Part shown: piece by piece, positions 22,116 through 33,166 of the stretch
Position numbering within the stretch: position 1 is the stretch's first letter
Layout: the number at the start of each line of letters is the position of its first letter
Assembly: GCF_020745735.1 (NCBI RefSeq)
Contig: NC_083433.1
Location: 21,649,363 to 21,713,362 of the forward strand
Length of the DNA stretch: 64,000 nt
Direction of reading: 5' to 3'
From: Hemiscyllium ocellatum
Taxonomy: Eukaryota
The notes under the pieces: model-generated
The model's input: the letters and a program-made list of their open reading frames with translations, nothing else
Database searches by the model: none
What the model was told of the DNA's origin: nothing
Translations under genes and position numbers: made by a program

Positions 22116-24833
22116 TTTTTTTTAAATTTCAAAAATATACTTTATTCATAAAATATTTTGATGATCTGTACAATTGGTCATGCCATACATACATAAACAT
22201 TCCATTTCTTTGCATACAGAGATTGAGTAATCATCCGTATATACAGGTCTGTATGTTTATCAATCAGATGCCCATATATTTAACTGAGGCGTCAGCAGAG
22301 CCCAAACAACTGCATGGGCCCCCTGATCTTCTTTAGACAGGCAGATGTTACACGGTGGTCTTTCCCCACTGCGCCTTGGCGGCAGCTGCCCTAAGCTTCA
22401 GCGCGTCTCTCAACACGTAGTCCTGGACCTTGGAATGTGCCAGTCTGCAACACTCAGTCGGGGTCAACTCCTTCAGCTGAAAGATCAACAGGTTTCGGAC
22501 CGCCCAGAGAGCGTCCTTCACCGAGTTGATGATCCTCCAGGCGCAGTTGATGTTCGTCTCGGTGTGCGTCCCGGGGAACAGGCCGTAGAGCACGGAGTCC
22601 CGTGTCACGGCGCTGCTCGGGACGAACCTCGACAAACACCACTGCATTCCTCTCCAGACTTCCTCTGCATAGGCACATTCCAGAAGGAGGTGTGTGACAG
22701 TCTCGTCCCCCCCGCAGCCACTTCGAGGGCAGCGTGCGGTGCGGCCGAGAGTCCGAGTGTGCATAAATGATCTCACAGGTAGAGCCCTTCTCACCACCAG
22801 CCAAGCCATGTCTTGGTGCTTGTTGGAAAGTTCTGGCGATGAGGCATTCTGCCAGATGGCTTTGACAGTCCGCTCGATAGGATCCGCCCTCTCCTTTTCC
22901 CGAAGGGTCTCGAGGACAGTACATGCTGACCACTTCCTGATGGACTAGTGGTCAAAGGTGTTTTTCTTCATAAATTTCTCCATGAAGGACAGGTGATACG
23001 GAACGGTCCAACTACTCGGAGCGTTCCGTGGCAGTGAGGCCAGACCCATCCTCGCAACACCGGGGACAGGTAGAACCTCAGTACGTAGTGACACTTGGTG
23101 TTTGCGTACCGGGGATCCACACACAGCTTGATGCAGCCACACACAAAGGTGGCCATCAGGGTGAGGGTGGCTTTGGGTGTATTTTTTCCCCCGTTGGCCA
23201 GATCTTTGTATAGCGAGTCCCTTCGGACCCGGTCCATCTTTGATCTCCACATAAACTGGAAGATGGCCCGGGTGATTGCTGCGGCACAGATTCTGGGAAC
23301 AGGCCAGACCTGTGCCACGTACAACAGCAATGACAGTGCCTCACACCTGATGACCAGGTTTTTTCCTGTGATGGAGAGCGACCGTAGCTTCCATCTGCCC
23401 AGTTTCTGCCTCACTTTACTGATAAGCTCCTCCCAAGACTTGGTGCACACCCCAGCCCCCCCGAACCAAATACCCAGCACCTTCAGGTGGTCGGTCCTGA
23501 CGGTGAAGGGGATCGAGGATTGGTCGGCCCAGTTCCCGAAGAGCATGGCCTCGCTCTTGCCTCGGTTTACCTTGGCCCCCGAGGCCCATTTGAACTGGTC
23601 ACAAATGCACATGAGTCTGCGCACGGACAGCGGATCCGAGCAGAAAACGGCGACGTCATCCATGTACAGGGAGGCCTTAACCTGCAGGCCCCCTGCTGCT
23701 AGGAATAGTCACTCCTCTCAGGCTCGCATCTTTCCTGATGGACTCGGCAAATGGCTCTATGCAGCACACAAACAAGGCAGGAGAGAGAGGGCAGCCCTGC
23801 CTGACTCCAGATCTGACTGGGATGCTATCTGATTCCCACCCATTGATTGAGACTGCACTGACAATGTTGGTGTAGAGCAGTCTGATCCAATTGCAGATTT
23901 CCCTCCCCAAAGCCCATTTTGGAGAGAACATCTCTCATATACATGTGTGATATCCTGTAAAAGGCATTCTCCTGGTCCAGGCTGATCAGGCAGGCGTCCA
24001 ACCCTCTGTCCTGCACGTAGGCGATCGTATCTCTGAGGAGTGCGAGACTCTCAGCGATCTTCCTGCCCGGCACAGCACAGGTTTGGTCAGGGTGAATCAC
24101 CGACCCCAGAGCAGACCTGACCCGGTTGGCGATTACCTTTGACAGGATTTTGTAATCCGCATTCAACAGTGTGATCGGTCTCCAATTTTTGAGTTCCTCC
24201 CTCTCCCCCTTCCGCTTGTAGATGAGGGTGATGATGCCTTTCCTCATGGATTCGCTCATGGTACCCGCCTGAAGCATACTGACATACACCTCCAGCAGGT
24301 CCTGGCCAATCAAGTCCCACAGAGCGGAATAGAGCTCGACCGGTAAGCCGCCGCTTCCCGGAGTTTTATTCTTTTTGAAGGACTCGAGGGCCTTGGTCAG
24401 CTCGTCCAGAGATAGCGGCTGGTCCAGCCTCTCGCGTGTTCTGTCGTCTAAGACCTCCATGATAGAGGACTGGGAGGCCGCGCTGTCCGTCGCCTTCGCG
24501 TCGTACAGACTGGCATAGAAGGATTTACTGATCCTCATGGCGTCAGCCTGAGATGACGTTGTCGAGCCGTCTTCTTCCTTCAGGCTGCTGAGCACAGAGC
24601 TCTCTTTGTGCACCTTCTGGAAGAAGAAACGTGAGCACGTCTCGTCCTGCTCCACCGAGCGGACCCTGGACCGGAAGATTATCTTGGAGGCCTCTGAGGC
24701 AAAGAGCGAGGCTTGCTGGCCCTTCACCTCCTTGAGGTCCTCCGTGACATCGACCCCCATCGTCTGCAGCAGGAGCAGGTTCTGCATACTTTCCTGGAGC
24801 TGGGACAGTTTTCCCCGCCTCTCTCTCGCCTCC
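22116..24833 (-). mobile_element. 5'-truncated Tx1-like (L1 clade) LINE ORF2 with frameshifts and poly(A) end
   Basis: KTPGSGGLP, NWRPITLLNADYKILSKVIANR, GVRQGCPLSP, YMDD and C-terminal CPRSGC..ETVTHLLLEC zinc knuckle; AATAAA and poly(A) at ~22116-22146 on the minus strand. Confidence 0.92.
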
Positions 24834-25349
24834 TGACTGTCACTGGTGATGATATGTAATTGCATTTGGAGCCATTAGATGGAGGTATGTTGCCAGTTTG
24901 TCAACTGTATTCCATTGTTGGTTTGGTGCACAGCACATTTTAGTCACTAATTGCATGAAACGCAGTGATTAATTTATGTTTATTAGTAAAAATAACCATC
25001 ATTTTCTAATATTGTTGCTTCAGATCTGGGGGAACAGAGCAGAAAAGTTAACTTGAGGTCAAAGACCAGCTAGGGTCTTACTCACCATTGGATCAAACTG
25101 GATAGGCGACAGTGCAGAGCCTGAGGGCTCTAGTGGCACTGTGGTAGTGCCCCTGCCTCTGAGCCGGGAGGCATGGATTCCGTAAGAAATAGTAACAGGA
25201 GCAGGCTGTTCGGCCATTCAATAGGATTATGGCTGATCCCATAACCGTAACAAAGAAAATCAAGGGATGCTGGAAATCAGAAGCTAAAACGGAAATTGTT
25301 GGAGAAACTCAGCAGGTCAGGCAGCACCTGTGGAGAGAGAAACAGAGCG

Positions 25350-26102
25350 CAGGGGCGGGGCTCGGGACTGGGGGCGGGGCTAGGGGCATGGGGGCGGGGA
25401 TTGAGACCCGGGGCGGGACTAAGGATGCGGGGCGGGGCTAGAGTCACGGGGGCCTGGCAAGGGACACAGGGCGGGGCTAGAGGCTCGGGGCGGGGCTAGG
25501 AACACGGGGGCAGGGCGAGGGACACGGGGGTTGGGCGAGGGACACGGGGGCCTGGCTAGAGAACAGGCGTGGCCACGGTTCCCGGAGCGGGGCGAGAAAT
25601 CGGGGCGGGACTGGAGACACTGGGGCGGAGCTACAGACACTGGGGCGGAGCTACAGACACTGGGGCGGAGCTGGAGACACAAGCGTTTGCTCCAGACAAT
25701 GGGGCGGAGCTACAGACACTGGGGCGGAGCTACAGACACTGGGGCGGAGCTACAGACACTGGGGCGGAACTGGAGACACAAAGGCGGGTCAAGAGATCCT
25801 GCAGTGGGGCGTGGCTAGAGGCATATGGGCGGGACTGGGAACTTTGGGGCGGGAGCAGAGACTCTGGAGCGAGCCTCTGGTTAATGGGGCGGTACTCGAC
25901 ACACAGGGGCGGGGCTAGAAACACGGAGGTGTGGCTAAAGGCTTAGAGGCGGGACTTTGGCTTGACAGACGAAAATATTGGTTTGAGCACGTGGCTGCAT
26001 AATAAAGGGGCGGGGCAGAGATGGCGGATTTGGCACGCGGCTCGGAGCCGATGGGCGGAGCTATGTTTTGGGAGGTGGGGTCAGAGATTTGGAGGCGGGA
26101 CT
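25350..26102 (+). repeat. GC-box minisatellite with ~20-bp period, core TGGGGCGGAGCTACAGACAC
   Basis: Near-perfect 20-mers at 25621-25680 and 25700-25779; about 20 exact GGGCGG motifs in total, all on one strand. Confidence 0.9.
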
Positions 26103-26224
26103 GAATGTCAACGAGGGATACATCCTTCAGATTCCTGGGGACCTCCCCAAAACCCTCCACGGAGCCTTGTCGCATATTCATTATCCTCCCCTGACCTCAA
26201 ACACGGGTATGGGGCCGAACGGTC

Positions 26225-27785
26225 CATCCTCAGGAAAGGGCTCACGTTCATGCCCCTGCGCTCCCACCTCAACAAATTCCACACCCACCACAACATGGAG
26301 CTCCTCTTCTGTCACCTCTGCCCTTGTGCCTTATTCTCTGACCAAAAACTCTCAATCTCCCTCTGAGGACCCTTTCTCCCGCCTCCAACCTTCCTCCTCC
26401 ACTTGGTCATCCCCTGCTGGCCTCATACCCACCCTAGACCTCTTCATTGCTGACTGCTGAAGTGACATTGGCCACCTCAATTTCTCCATTATCCTCACCC
26501 ACTCCAACCTCACCTTCTCCAAACGTGCAGCGCTCCACACCAATCCCCGTTTCACCATCAAACCTGCTTACAAAGGCTTTATCGCAGAGGCTGAATGCCA
26601 ACTCTCTGGCACCACATCCCACTCCCTTGACTTCACCGTGACCCATCAGGCCAAAATCACTCACACTGTGCCCTCATTGCCTCCGGTGGTCTCCTCACGC
26701 TGCCTGGTTCTACATGCTCCCCAGGATCCACAAGCCTAACTACCCCGACCGACCCATTTTCTCAGCATGCTCCTGCCCACCAACTCATGTCGTCCTATAT
26801 TGACTCCATTCACTCACCCTTGGTTCAGGCACTTCCCATCTACATTCATGACACCAACCACGCCCTCCATCTCTTCAGTAACTTCCAGTCCCCCAGCCCA
26901 CAGCTTTTTATTTTCACGATGGACATGCAGTCCTCATACATGTCCATACCCTACAAGGATAGCCTCCAGGCCCTCTGCTTCTTCCTCTCCAACAGATCTA
27001 TCAAATCCCCCTCCACCAATAGCGTCCTCCATCTTGCCAAACCAGTCCTCACCCTTAATAACATTTCCTTTAACACGTTCCATTTCCTCCAAATCCAAGG
27101 GTAGCCATGGGTACTCGGATGCATCTCAGCTTCTCAGCTACACCTGCCTCTTTGTCAGCTATGTTGAACAGTCTCTCTTTAGTACACAGGCACTGTGCCT
27201 CAACTCTTCCATTGTTACATCGATTACTGCATCGGTGCAGCATCCTGCACCAGGCTGAACTGGAGCCATTCACTGACTTTGTCCACAACTTCCACCCCAC
27301 CCTCAAAATCACTTGGTCCATCTCAGACATCCCCCTCCCCTTTCTTGACCGGCAGCAGTCTCCAGACAAATGTTTACTATAAACCCACAGACTCTCACAA
27401 CTACCAAGATTACACCTCCTCTCATCCAATATCCTGCAAGAACTCCATCCCATTCGCCTTGGACGCATCTGCTTGGACTCCCAAGCATCCCAGATGTCAC
27501 CTATTTTGAACAATGTGCTTTTCCTCCCTCTGTCATCCAGACAGCTCTCCACTGCACAACCTCCATTCCCTGTTCCACTACTCTAAACCACTCCCCCCCC
27601 CCCCCCCGGCAATAAAGACAGAATTCCATTTGTCCTCACTTATCACCCCACCAGTGCATGCATACAATGCATCATCCTTAAATGCTTCTGCCAACTCTAA
27701 CTAGACCCCACCACTAAAAACATCTTCCCTTCCCCACTCGTCTCTGCCTTCCACAAGGACTGTTCCCTTCACCAGTCCTTGGTTT
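26225..27785 (+). mobile_element. Penelope-like element (PLE) reverse transcriptase remnant, frameshifted
   Basis: ILRKGLTF.P, YIHDTNHAL, FTMDMQSSYMSIP, FLQIQG*AMGTRM, YIDYCI (YxDD-derived), FHPTLKITW and VYYKPTDSHNY..YTSSHP motifs typical of PLE RT and thumb. Confidence 0.88.
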
Positions 27786-27789
27786 GTGC

Positions 27790-28410
27790 CACTCTCTGCA
27801 CAGCCCCTCACAGACTTATACCCCTTTACATTCACACTCACACAGGTACACCTGCACACAATCTCTCACAGACACACACATACCCCCAACACACACACAC
27901 ATAAATTTGTGGGGTGAATTTGTACTTGCAGAGTTATATTTAATTTTGCTCAAAAACTGCATGAATCCATGTAAGATTCTGTAAATTCTTTTTTTAGAAA
28001 TAGAATATCTCTGAACATTGGGTCACAGGCAGCCTCACACAGGACACCTCAAACCTTCAATGCATTGTCTGAGATGACATGGCATCTATTTTTAAAGTTC
28101 ACTTGAGAATGCAACTTTAAAAAAAAGTTCTGGGATTTACATATGAAAGAAGTGAAACCAACATGATCATTCTAAAGGATGAGAGACTTCACAAACAATC
28201 CAGGTCTTTTTCAATATATAATTTCAGCTGTATCACACTGTAAACTTTTGCTATAAATTCTGTGTCTTCCTATCTTGTACTCCACAACCACCTGATGAAG
28301 GGGCAGCGCTCCGAAAGCTAGTGCTTCCAATTAAACCTGTTGGATTATAATCTGGTGTTCTGTGATTTTTAACTTTGTCCACCCCAGTCCAACACCAGCT
28401 CCAACAAATC
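27790..28410 (+). mobile_element. Penelope-type terminal module (family B) with hammerhead core at 28289-28323
   Basis: CAC-CTGATGA-A-GGGGC agc GCTCC-GAAA-GCTA-GTG; tail shared with copies at 3255, 20265, 28682 and 52290. Confidence 0.8.
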
Positions 28411-28429
28411 TTGTCTATCTTGTATGTCA

Positions 28430-28640
28430 AGGAGGCGGGGTTTAGTGTAAGGGGTGGGACTACAATATGGAGCTGGGACTAACCGTGAGGGATATGGGGC
28501 AGGGGCGGGGCCATGCCTGATAATAAGGGAGGGGCTAGAAATCGAGGGGCGGGGTTATAGAATAAGGGGCGGAGTTAGAGTGTAAGGGGTGTGGATATAT
28601 GATGATGGGCGGGGTTTATGTCACAAATGAGGCGTGGCCA
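28430..28640 (+). repeat. Degenerate continuation of the ~20-bp GC-box array
   Basis: GGGGCGGGG/GGGGTGGG/GGGAGGGG motifs at roughly 20-bp spacing. Confidence 0.75.
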
Positions 28641-28681
28641 AACTCTCCATGATGTTAAAGGAAGAGAAGGCCACAGTCGGT

Positions 28682-29075
28682 GATGATTTGGAGATGCCGC
28701 TTTGGACTGGGATATACAAAATTAAAAATCACCAGGTTATAGTCCAACAGGTTTAACTGGAAGCACTAGCTTTCAGAGTCTGCTCCTTCATCAGGTAACT
28801 AGTGGGACCGTATAATATAACAGAATTTATAGCAAAAGATCGTAGTGTCATACAACCGATGCGATATATTGAACAAACCTAGACTGCTGTTAAGTCTTTC
28901 ATCTTTTAGAATGGATTGCAGGTTTCAATTCATTAATCCCAGAACTTCTTTCAAATCGCATTCCCGAGATAACTTAAGGTTTTATAAAAACAAGGGTGTC
29001 ATCTCAGCTCAGAGAGTGCATTAAAGGTGTGAGGTTAGAGTGTGCCTGTATTCCAAAGATGAAAGCAATCTAGGT
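28682..29075 (-). mobile_element. Family B Penelope-type module, reverse orientation
   Basis: Reverse complement of the 28200-28410 module plus body; degenerate hammerhead core ending at 28794. Confidence 0.75.
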
Positions 29076-29124
29076 TTGTTCAATGTCTTTTCCCGGGGGT
29101 GGGGGTGAGTGGGGAAAGATTTAA

Positions 29125-29247
29125 AAGGAGAAAGTGAGGACTGCAGATGCTGGAGATCAGAGCTGAAAATGTGTTGCTGGAAAAGCGCAGCAGGTCAGGC
29201 AGCATCCAAGGAGCAGGAGAATCGACGTTTCGGGCATGAGCCCTTCC
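29125..29247 (-). mobile_element. Family A short Penelope-type module, truncated within the hammerhead core
   Basis: Reverse complement GAAGGGCTCATGCCCGAAACGTCGATTCTCCTGCTCC. Confidence 0.75.
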
Positions 29248-29329
29248 AGGTCCTAACAGGTCAGCATGGACGGGTTGGACCGAAGGGTCTGTTTCCATGC
29301 TGTGCATCTCTTTAATCCAAATCGCATCA

Positions 29330-29445
29330 GTGTGATTTTTTGCTATAAATATGATCCTATCCCTCATTAGTTACCTGTTGAAGGAGCAGCACTGAGAAAG
29401 CTAATGCTTCCTAATCAACCTGTTGGACTATAACCTGATTTGTGA
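29330..29445 (+). mobile_element. Degenerate family B module just upstream of the DESI1 promoter
   Basis: CCTGTTGAAGGAGCAGCACTGAGAAAGCTAATGCTTCC...CCTGTTGGACTATAACCTG. Confidence 0.7.
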
Positions 29446-29464
29446 GTTGTAACACTGTCAGTCA

Positions 29465-29772
29465 TGTTGGCGGTGGGCGGGATCTCTGGGGCGTGCATGT
29501 GTTGGGGGCGGGTCTGAGTGACGTTCTGGTAGGGGCGGGGCCTGCTGGCCTGAGCTTCTGAGGGTGGAGCTGTCAACTGAGGGGGCGTGGCGTAGGCGGG
29601 GCGGTTTGTGACGATGCTGACGGGGGAGGGGCGGTCTGGAGGGGTGGTGAGAATTACCTCATTTGGGGGGATCCCTGTGAGGCGGTGGGGCAGTTGGATG
29701 CCGGTGTGTAGGCGGTAAGCGGCCGTTGGGAGCCCGGTACAGAAGAACAGGGAAAAAAAACACATTACTGAC
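29465..29772 (+). promoter_or_regulatory. DESI1 proximal promoter and 5'UTR, GC-box rich
   Basis: Multiple GGGGCGGGG/GGGGCGTGG motifs and CpGs directly upstream of the ATG. Confidence 0.8.
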
Positions 29773-29857
29773 ATGGACACGCCACCACATCCCGTCAAAC
29801 TTTACGTCTACGACCTTTCCCGGGGGCTGGCCCGACAGTTTAGCCCGATCATGCTCG
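29773..29857 (+). CDS. DESI1: Desumoylating isopeptidase 1, coding exon 1 ([29 protein letters not shown])
   Basis: ATG at 29773; translation matches the DESI1 N-terminus ([20 protein letters not shown]); donor G|gtgagc; lies in a GC-rich promoter region. Confidence 0.96.
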
Positions 29858-32120
29858 GTGAGCTGAGTAAAATGGTTGCCGGGGAGATGAGGGTGGCAAG
29901 GCGGGCAGCAGCGGCAACTCGAGGTCGGGGATTGGGTAACCTTTACTAGGCCGCAACTTTTTTTCTATGAAATGTTCCACCTTATTTTGTTAAATATTCA
30001 TACCGACTGCAAAGTTAATCTTTGCATTACTGAGGGAGTTTTGTAGGAAGCGATGGATAAGTTGGTGAAATGGATTTAAATTTGATGTTTTAACTTGTTT
30101 TCAGATCATGTTGTCGTGATTTTGAATTGAAACTAATAATTCTTGCATGGCAATATTAATGTCTTTGGTACCTTTTGAAAATTCACTTATCCCATTTCTG
30201 ATGTTTAATTTTGCCTTTTCTGATTTCCTGCTTGACTTCCAGCACTTTTTACCTCTTTTTGAAAGTCAAGGTTATCCAACAACTTTGGTTTGGCCTCCAG
30301 CTGCTAGTAGTTTTCCTGAAAGGCTGAATTTTGAAATGGTTTTATCTGAAGAGGGTAACAGAAGAGCTGATGCTTTGATGAAGACTCTTGTTTTGCTTAC
30401 TTCTGGAAGTTTCTGGCTTGTAGAGGTGCACTTCAGGGACCAGAAACAAATCTTTGGCCTACTTTTCTATCTTAATAAAATCACACACAAGGGAACAAAA
30501 TCCTCCTGTGCCTGACCTAAAAATCCAGTTTGCTGTTATGTTATGAGCAGAACTGGAACACAAGCTTGGAGATGGCCTTTGAGGCTCCACTTCAGAGATT
30601 CAAGGGTGTGAAGGTGACTTGTGTGACCAATTTACAATTTCCTTGCCTGAGTGTTTGCAGCTGAGTAGTGTATACAATATAGACATTGTGTTCAGTAACA
30701 ATACATGACAAGAGGAACAGCTGTTTGTCCTAACTGATATTCTGCTCTTGATCATGGCTGTCCAAAGCTGTTTGTCTTTTTTCTTATGACTGGATTGAGA
30801 TGATGTTCTTTGTCCTTGCTGTTGACTACAATCTCTGTAGTTATCTGTAAATTGCTTTCAGCTGTTTGAGAGCTGAATCAGACTATTCTGCCCACCGTGC
30901 CTGTGCCAGCTCTTAAAAAAAATGCCTAAAATCCCACTTTACATCTTTTGAAATAGCCTTGAAAGCACGAGTGGATTGTGTTTTCACCCCTCACTTCCAC
31001 ATGAGAAGAGTGGCTCCTGTGGGAGGGTTGGATCTCTTCTGAAGCTGATGCTTTACGAATAAATTGAAGTGAGATTGAGTTTTGTTAACCATGGGAAAAA
31101 TTGTGTTGATGTAGAAGCTTTGTCATTATCTTGTTGAATGCTGTGCAGCCCCTGAAGCTGAAGGCCTGCTCTTCCGACTCCCATGTTCCTCTCTGAGGAA
31201 AACACAAATACATTGGGGTGGCAGACCATCCATTACTTCCTTGAAAGTCAGTGTAACAGGTTCAAGGAACTGAATTGGATTTTCCATTGCACTGTTTTTG
31301 AAAAAAAATCTGAATTCTATTCTTGCATTTTGCTGGTGACCTGGCATTTAGGCCTACAAATTGCTGACTCATTATCCTGCAGCCTTTGAACTTTTTCGAT
31401 TTTCTGTCTTCACAAGATCCTGACTAGTCATAATGATTATGAAGGGTCATTGGCCAAATGCATTCTGAGCACTGACACGGGCGAAGTTTGGTGTATTTAC
31501 CTTGATCAGTGCTTGCATTTGGTCTTGAAAAGAGAGCATTCGTATTAAGAGGTTGTAAATTCAATGCCGTGAAGTTCTAATCTCCAAGTTCAATCTTTCC
31601 AAATATGTCACAGATCTGAATTCAGAACCCTAGATTAATGTTCGATGAACATGGGGTCAAATATACCATGATAGATGGTGAAATTTGAATTCAGTGAAAA
31701 ATTCACCTAACGGTGACCATCTGACACTATCAAATATCAAAGAAAATCCATCTGTTTCACTTGTGACCTTTACAGAAGGAAACCTGCTAACCTTAACTAG
31801 TCTGGCTGACACATGATTGCAGACCAGTAGTGATTTGTTTGACTCCCCACCACCCTCTGACCAGTTAGAATGGGTATTACAACCAGTGACGTTCACAAAA
31901 AGTAATTGTGGGCAAGTCAATTTAATTGACAAATAGCAACAGGAAGGTTTTGTCATATCTCCCTTGTTATTGTTTGTAGTATTCTGTCTTCCTTGCATTC
32001 TCATTTTTCCAGATGAGATGGGGAAGTAGGCAGATAAGTGTTGTCATTCCAACCAGGATATCCATTGCCAAAACTTGACAGTAACTCAGCAATTTCAGTC
32101 GCAAGGTGTATTTACATGTA

Positions 32121-32424
32121 GGGCGGCACAGTGGTTAGCACTGCTGCCTCACAGCGCCTGAGACCCGGGTTCAATTCCCGCCTCAGGCGACTGACTGTGT
32201 GGAGTTTGCACGTTCTCCCCGTGTGTGCGTGGGTTTCTTCCGGGTGCTCCGGTTTCCTCCCACAGTCACAAAGATGTGCGGGTCAGATGAATTGGCCATG
32301 TTAAATTGCCCGTAGTGTTAGGTAAGGGGTAAATGTGGGGGTATGGGTGGGTTGCGCTTCAGCGGGTCGGTGTGGACTTGTTGGGCCGAAGGGCCTGTTT
32401 CTACACTGTAAGTAATCTAATCTA
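32121..32424 (+). mobile_element. HE1-like V-SINE
   Basis: Very similar to the 5986 copy. Confidence 0.9.
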
Positions 32425-32429
32425 CATCA

Positions 32430-32741
32430 TATTCCTACAGTGTGGAAGCAGGCCATTTGGCCTATTAAATCCCCACTAACTCTCCAAAGAGCATCCCACT
32501 GAATCGCTGTAAGCTTGTATCTCCTGTGGCTGACCCACCTAGCCTGTGCTTTCCTGGACACAATGAACAACTTGGCACGGTCAATCCACCTAACCTGCAT
32601 GTCTTTGGACTGTGGGAGGAAACCCATGCAGACATGGGGAGAATGTGCAAACTCCACACAGACAGTTGCCGGAGGGTGGAATTAATCTGGGTTCCTAGTG
32701 CTGAGGCAGCAGTGCTAACTACTGAGCCACTGTGCCACACT
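32430..32741 (-). mobile_element. V-SINE, tail-to-tail with the preceding copy
   Basis: Reverse-strand head and V domain. Confidence 0.85.
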
Positions 32742-32874
32742 TAAACATAGAAAATGTCCCAAGGTGTTTTGCAGGGTTGCAAGTCACATCAGATATTAGG
32801 GGAGGTGACGGATAGCATAATCTAAGTTTTGGGTTGTCTTTTAAAGCAGGAAAGTGAGATTGAGAATTTGGTTT

Positions 32875-33166
32875 ATTAGATTAGATTACTTAGTGTGGAA
32901 ACAGGCCCTTCTACCCAACAAGTCCACACCGACCCGCCGAAGCGTAACCCACCCAGACCCATTCCCCTACATTTACCTCTTCACCAAGCACTACAGTAAA
33001 TTTAGCATGGCCAATTCACCTAACCAGCACATTTTTGGACTGTGGGAGGAAACCCACCCACGTAGAGAATGTGCAAACTCCACACACAGAGTCGTCTGAG
33101 GCAGGAATTGAACCTGGGTCTCTGGCGCTGTGAGGCAGCAGTGCTAACCACTGTGCCACCGTGCTG
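32875..33166 (-). mobile_element. HE1-like V-SINE
   Basis: (TTAGA)n tail, V domain, head. Confidence 0.88.

Noticed and set aside
23095-23832. 245-aa plus-strand ORF
   Set aside because: Antisense shadow of Tx1 ORF2
25600-25780. Regular 20-bp repeats resembling a CRISPR array
   Set aside because: No unique spacers, eukaryotic context and no cas genes; it is a GC-box minisatellite
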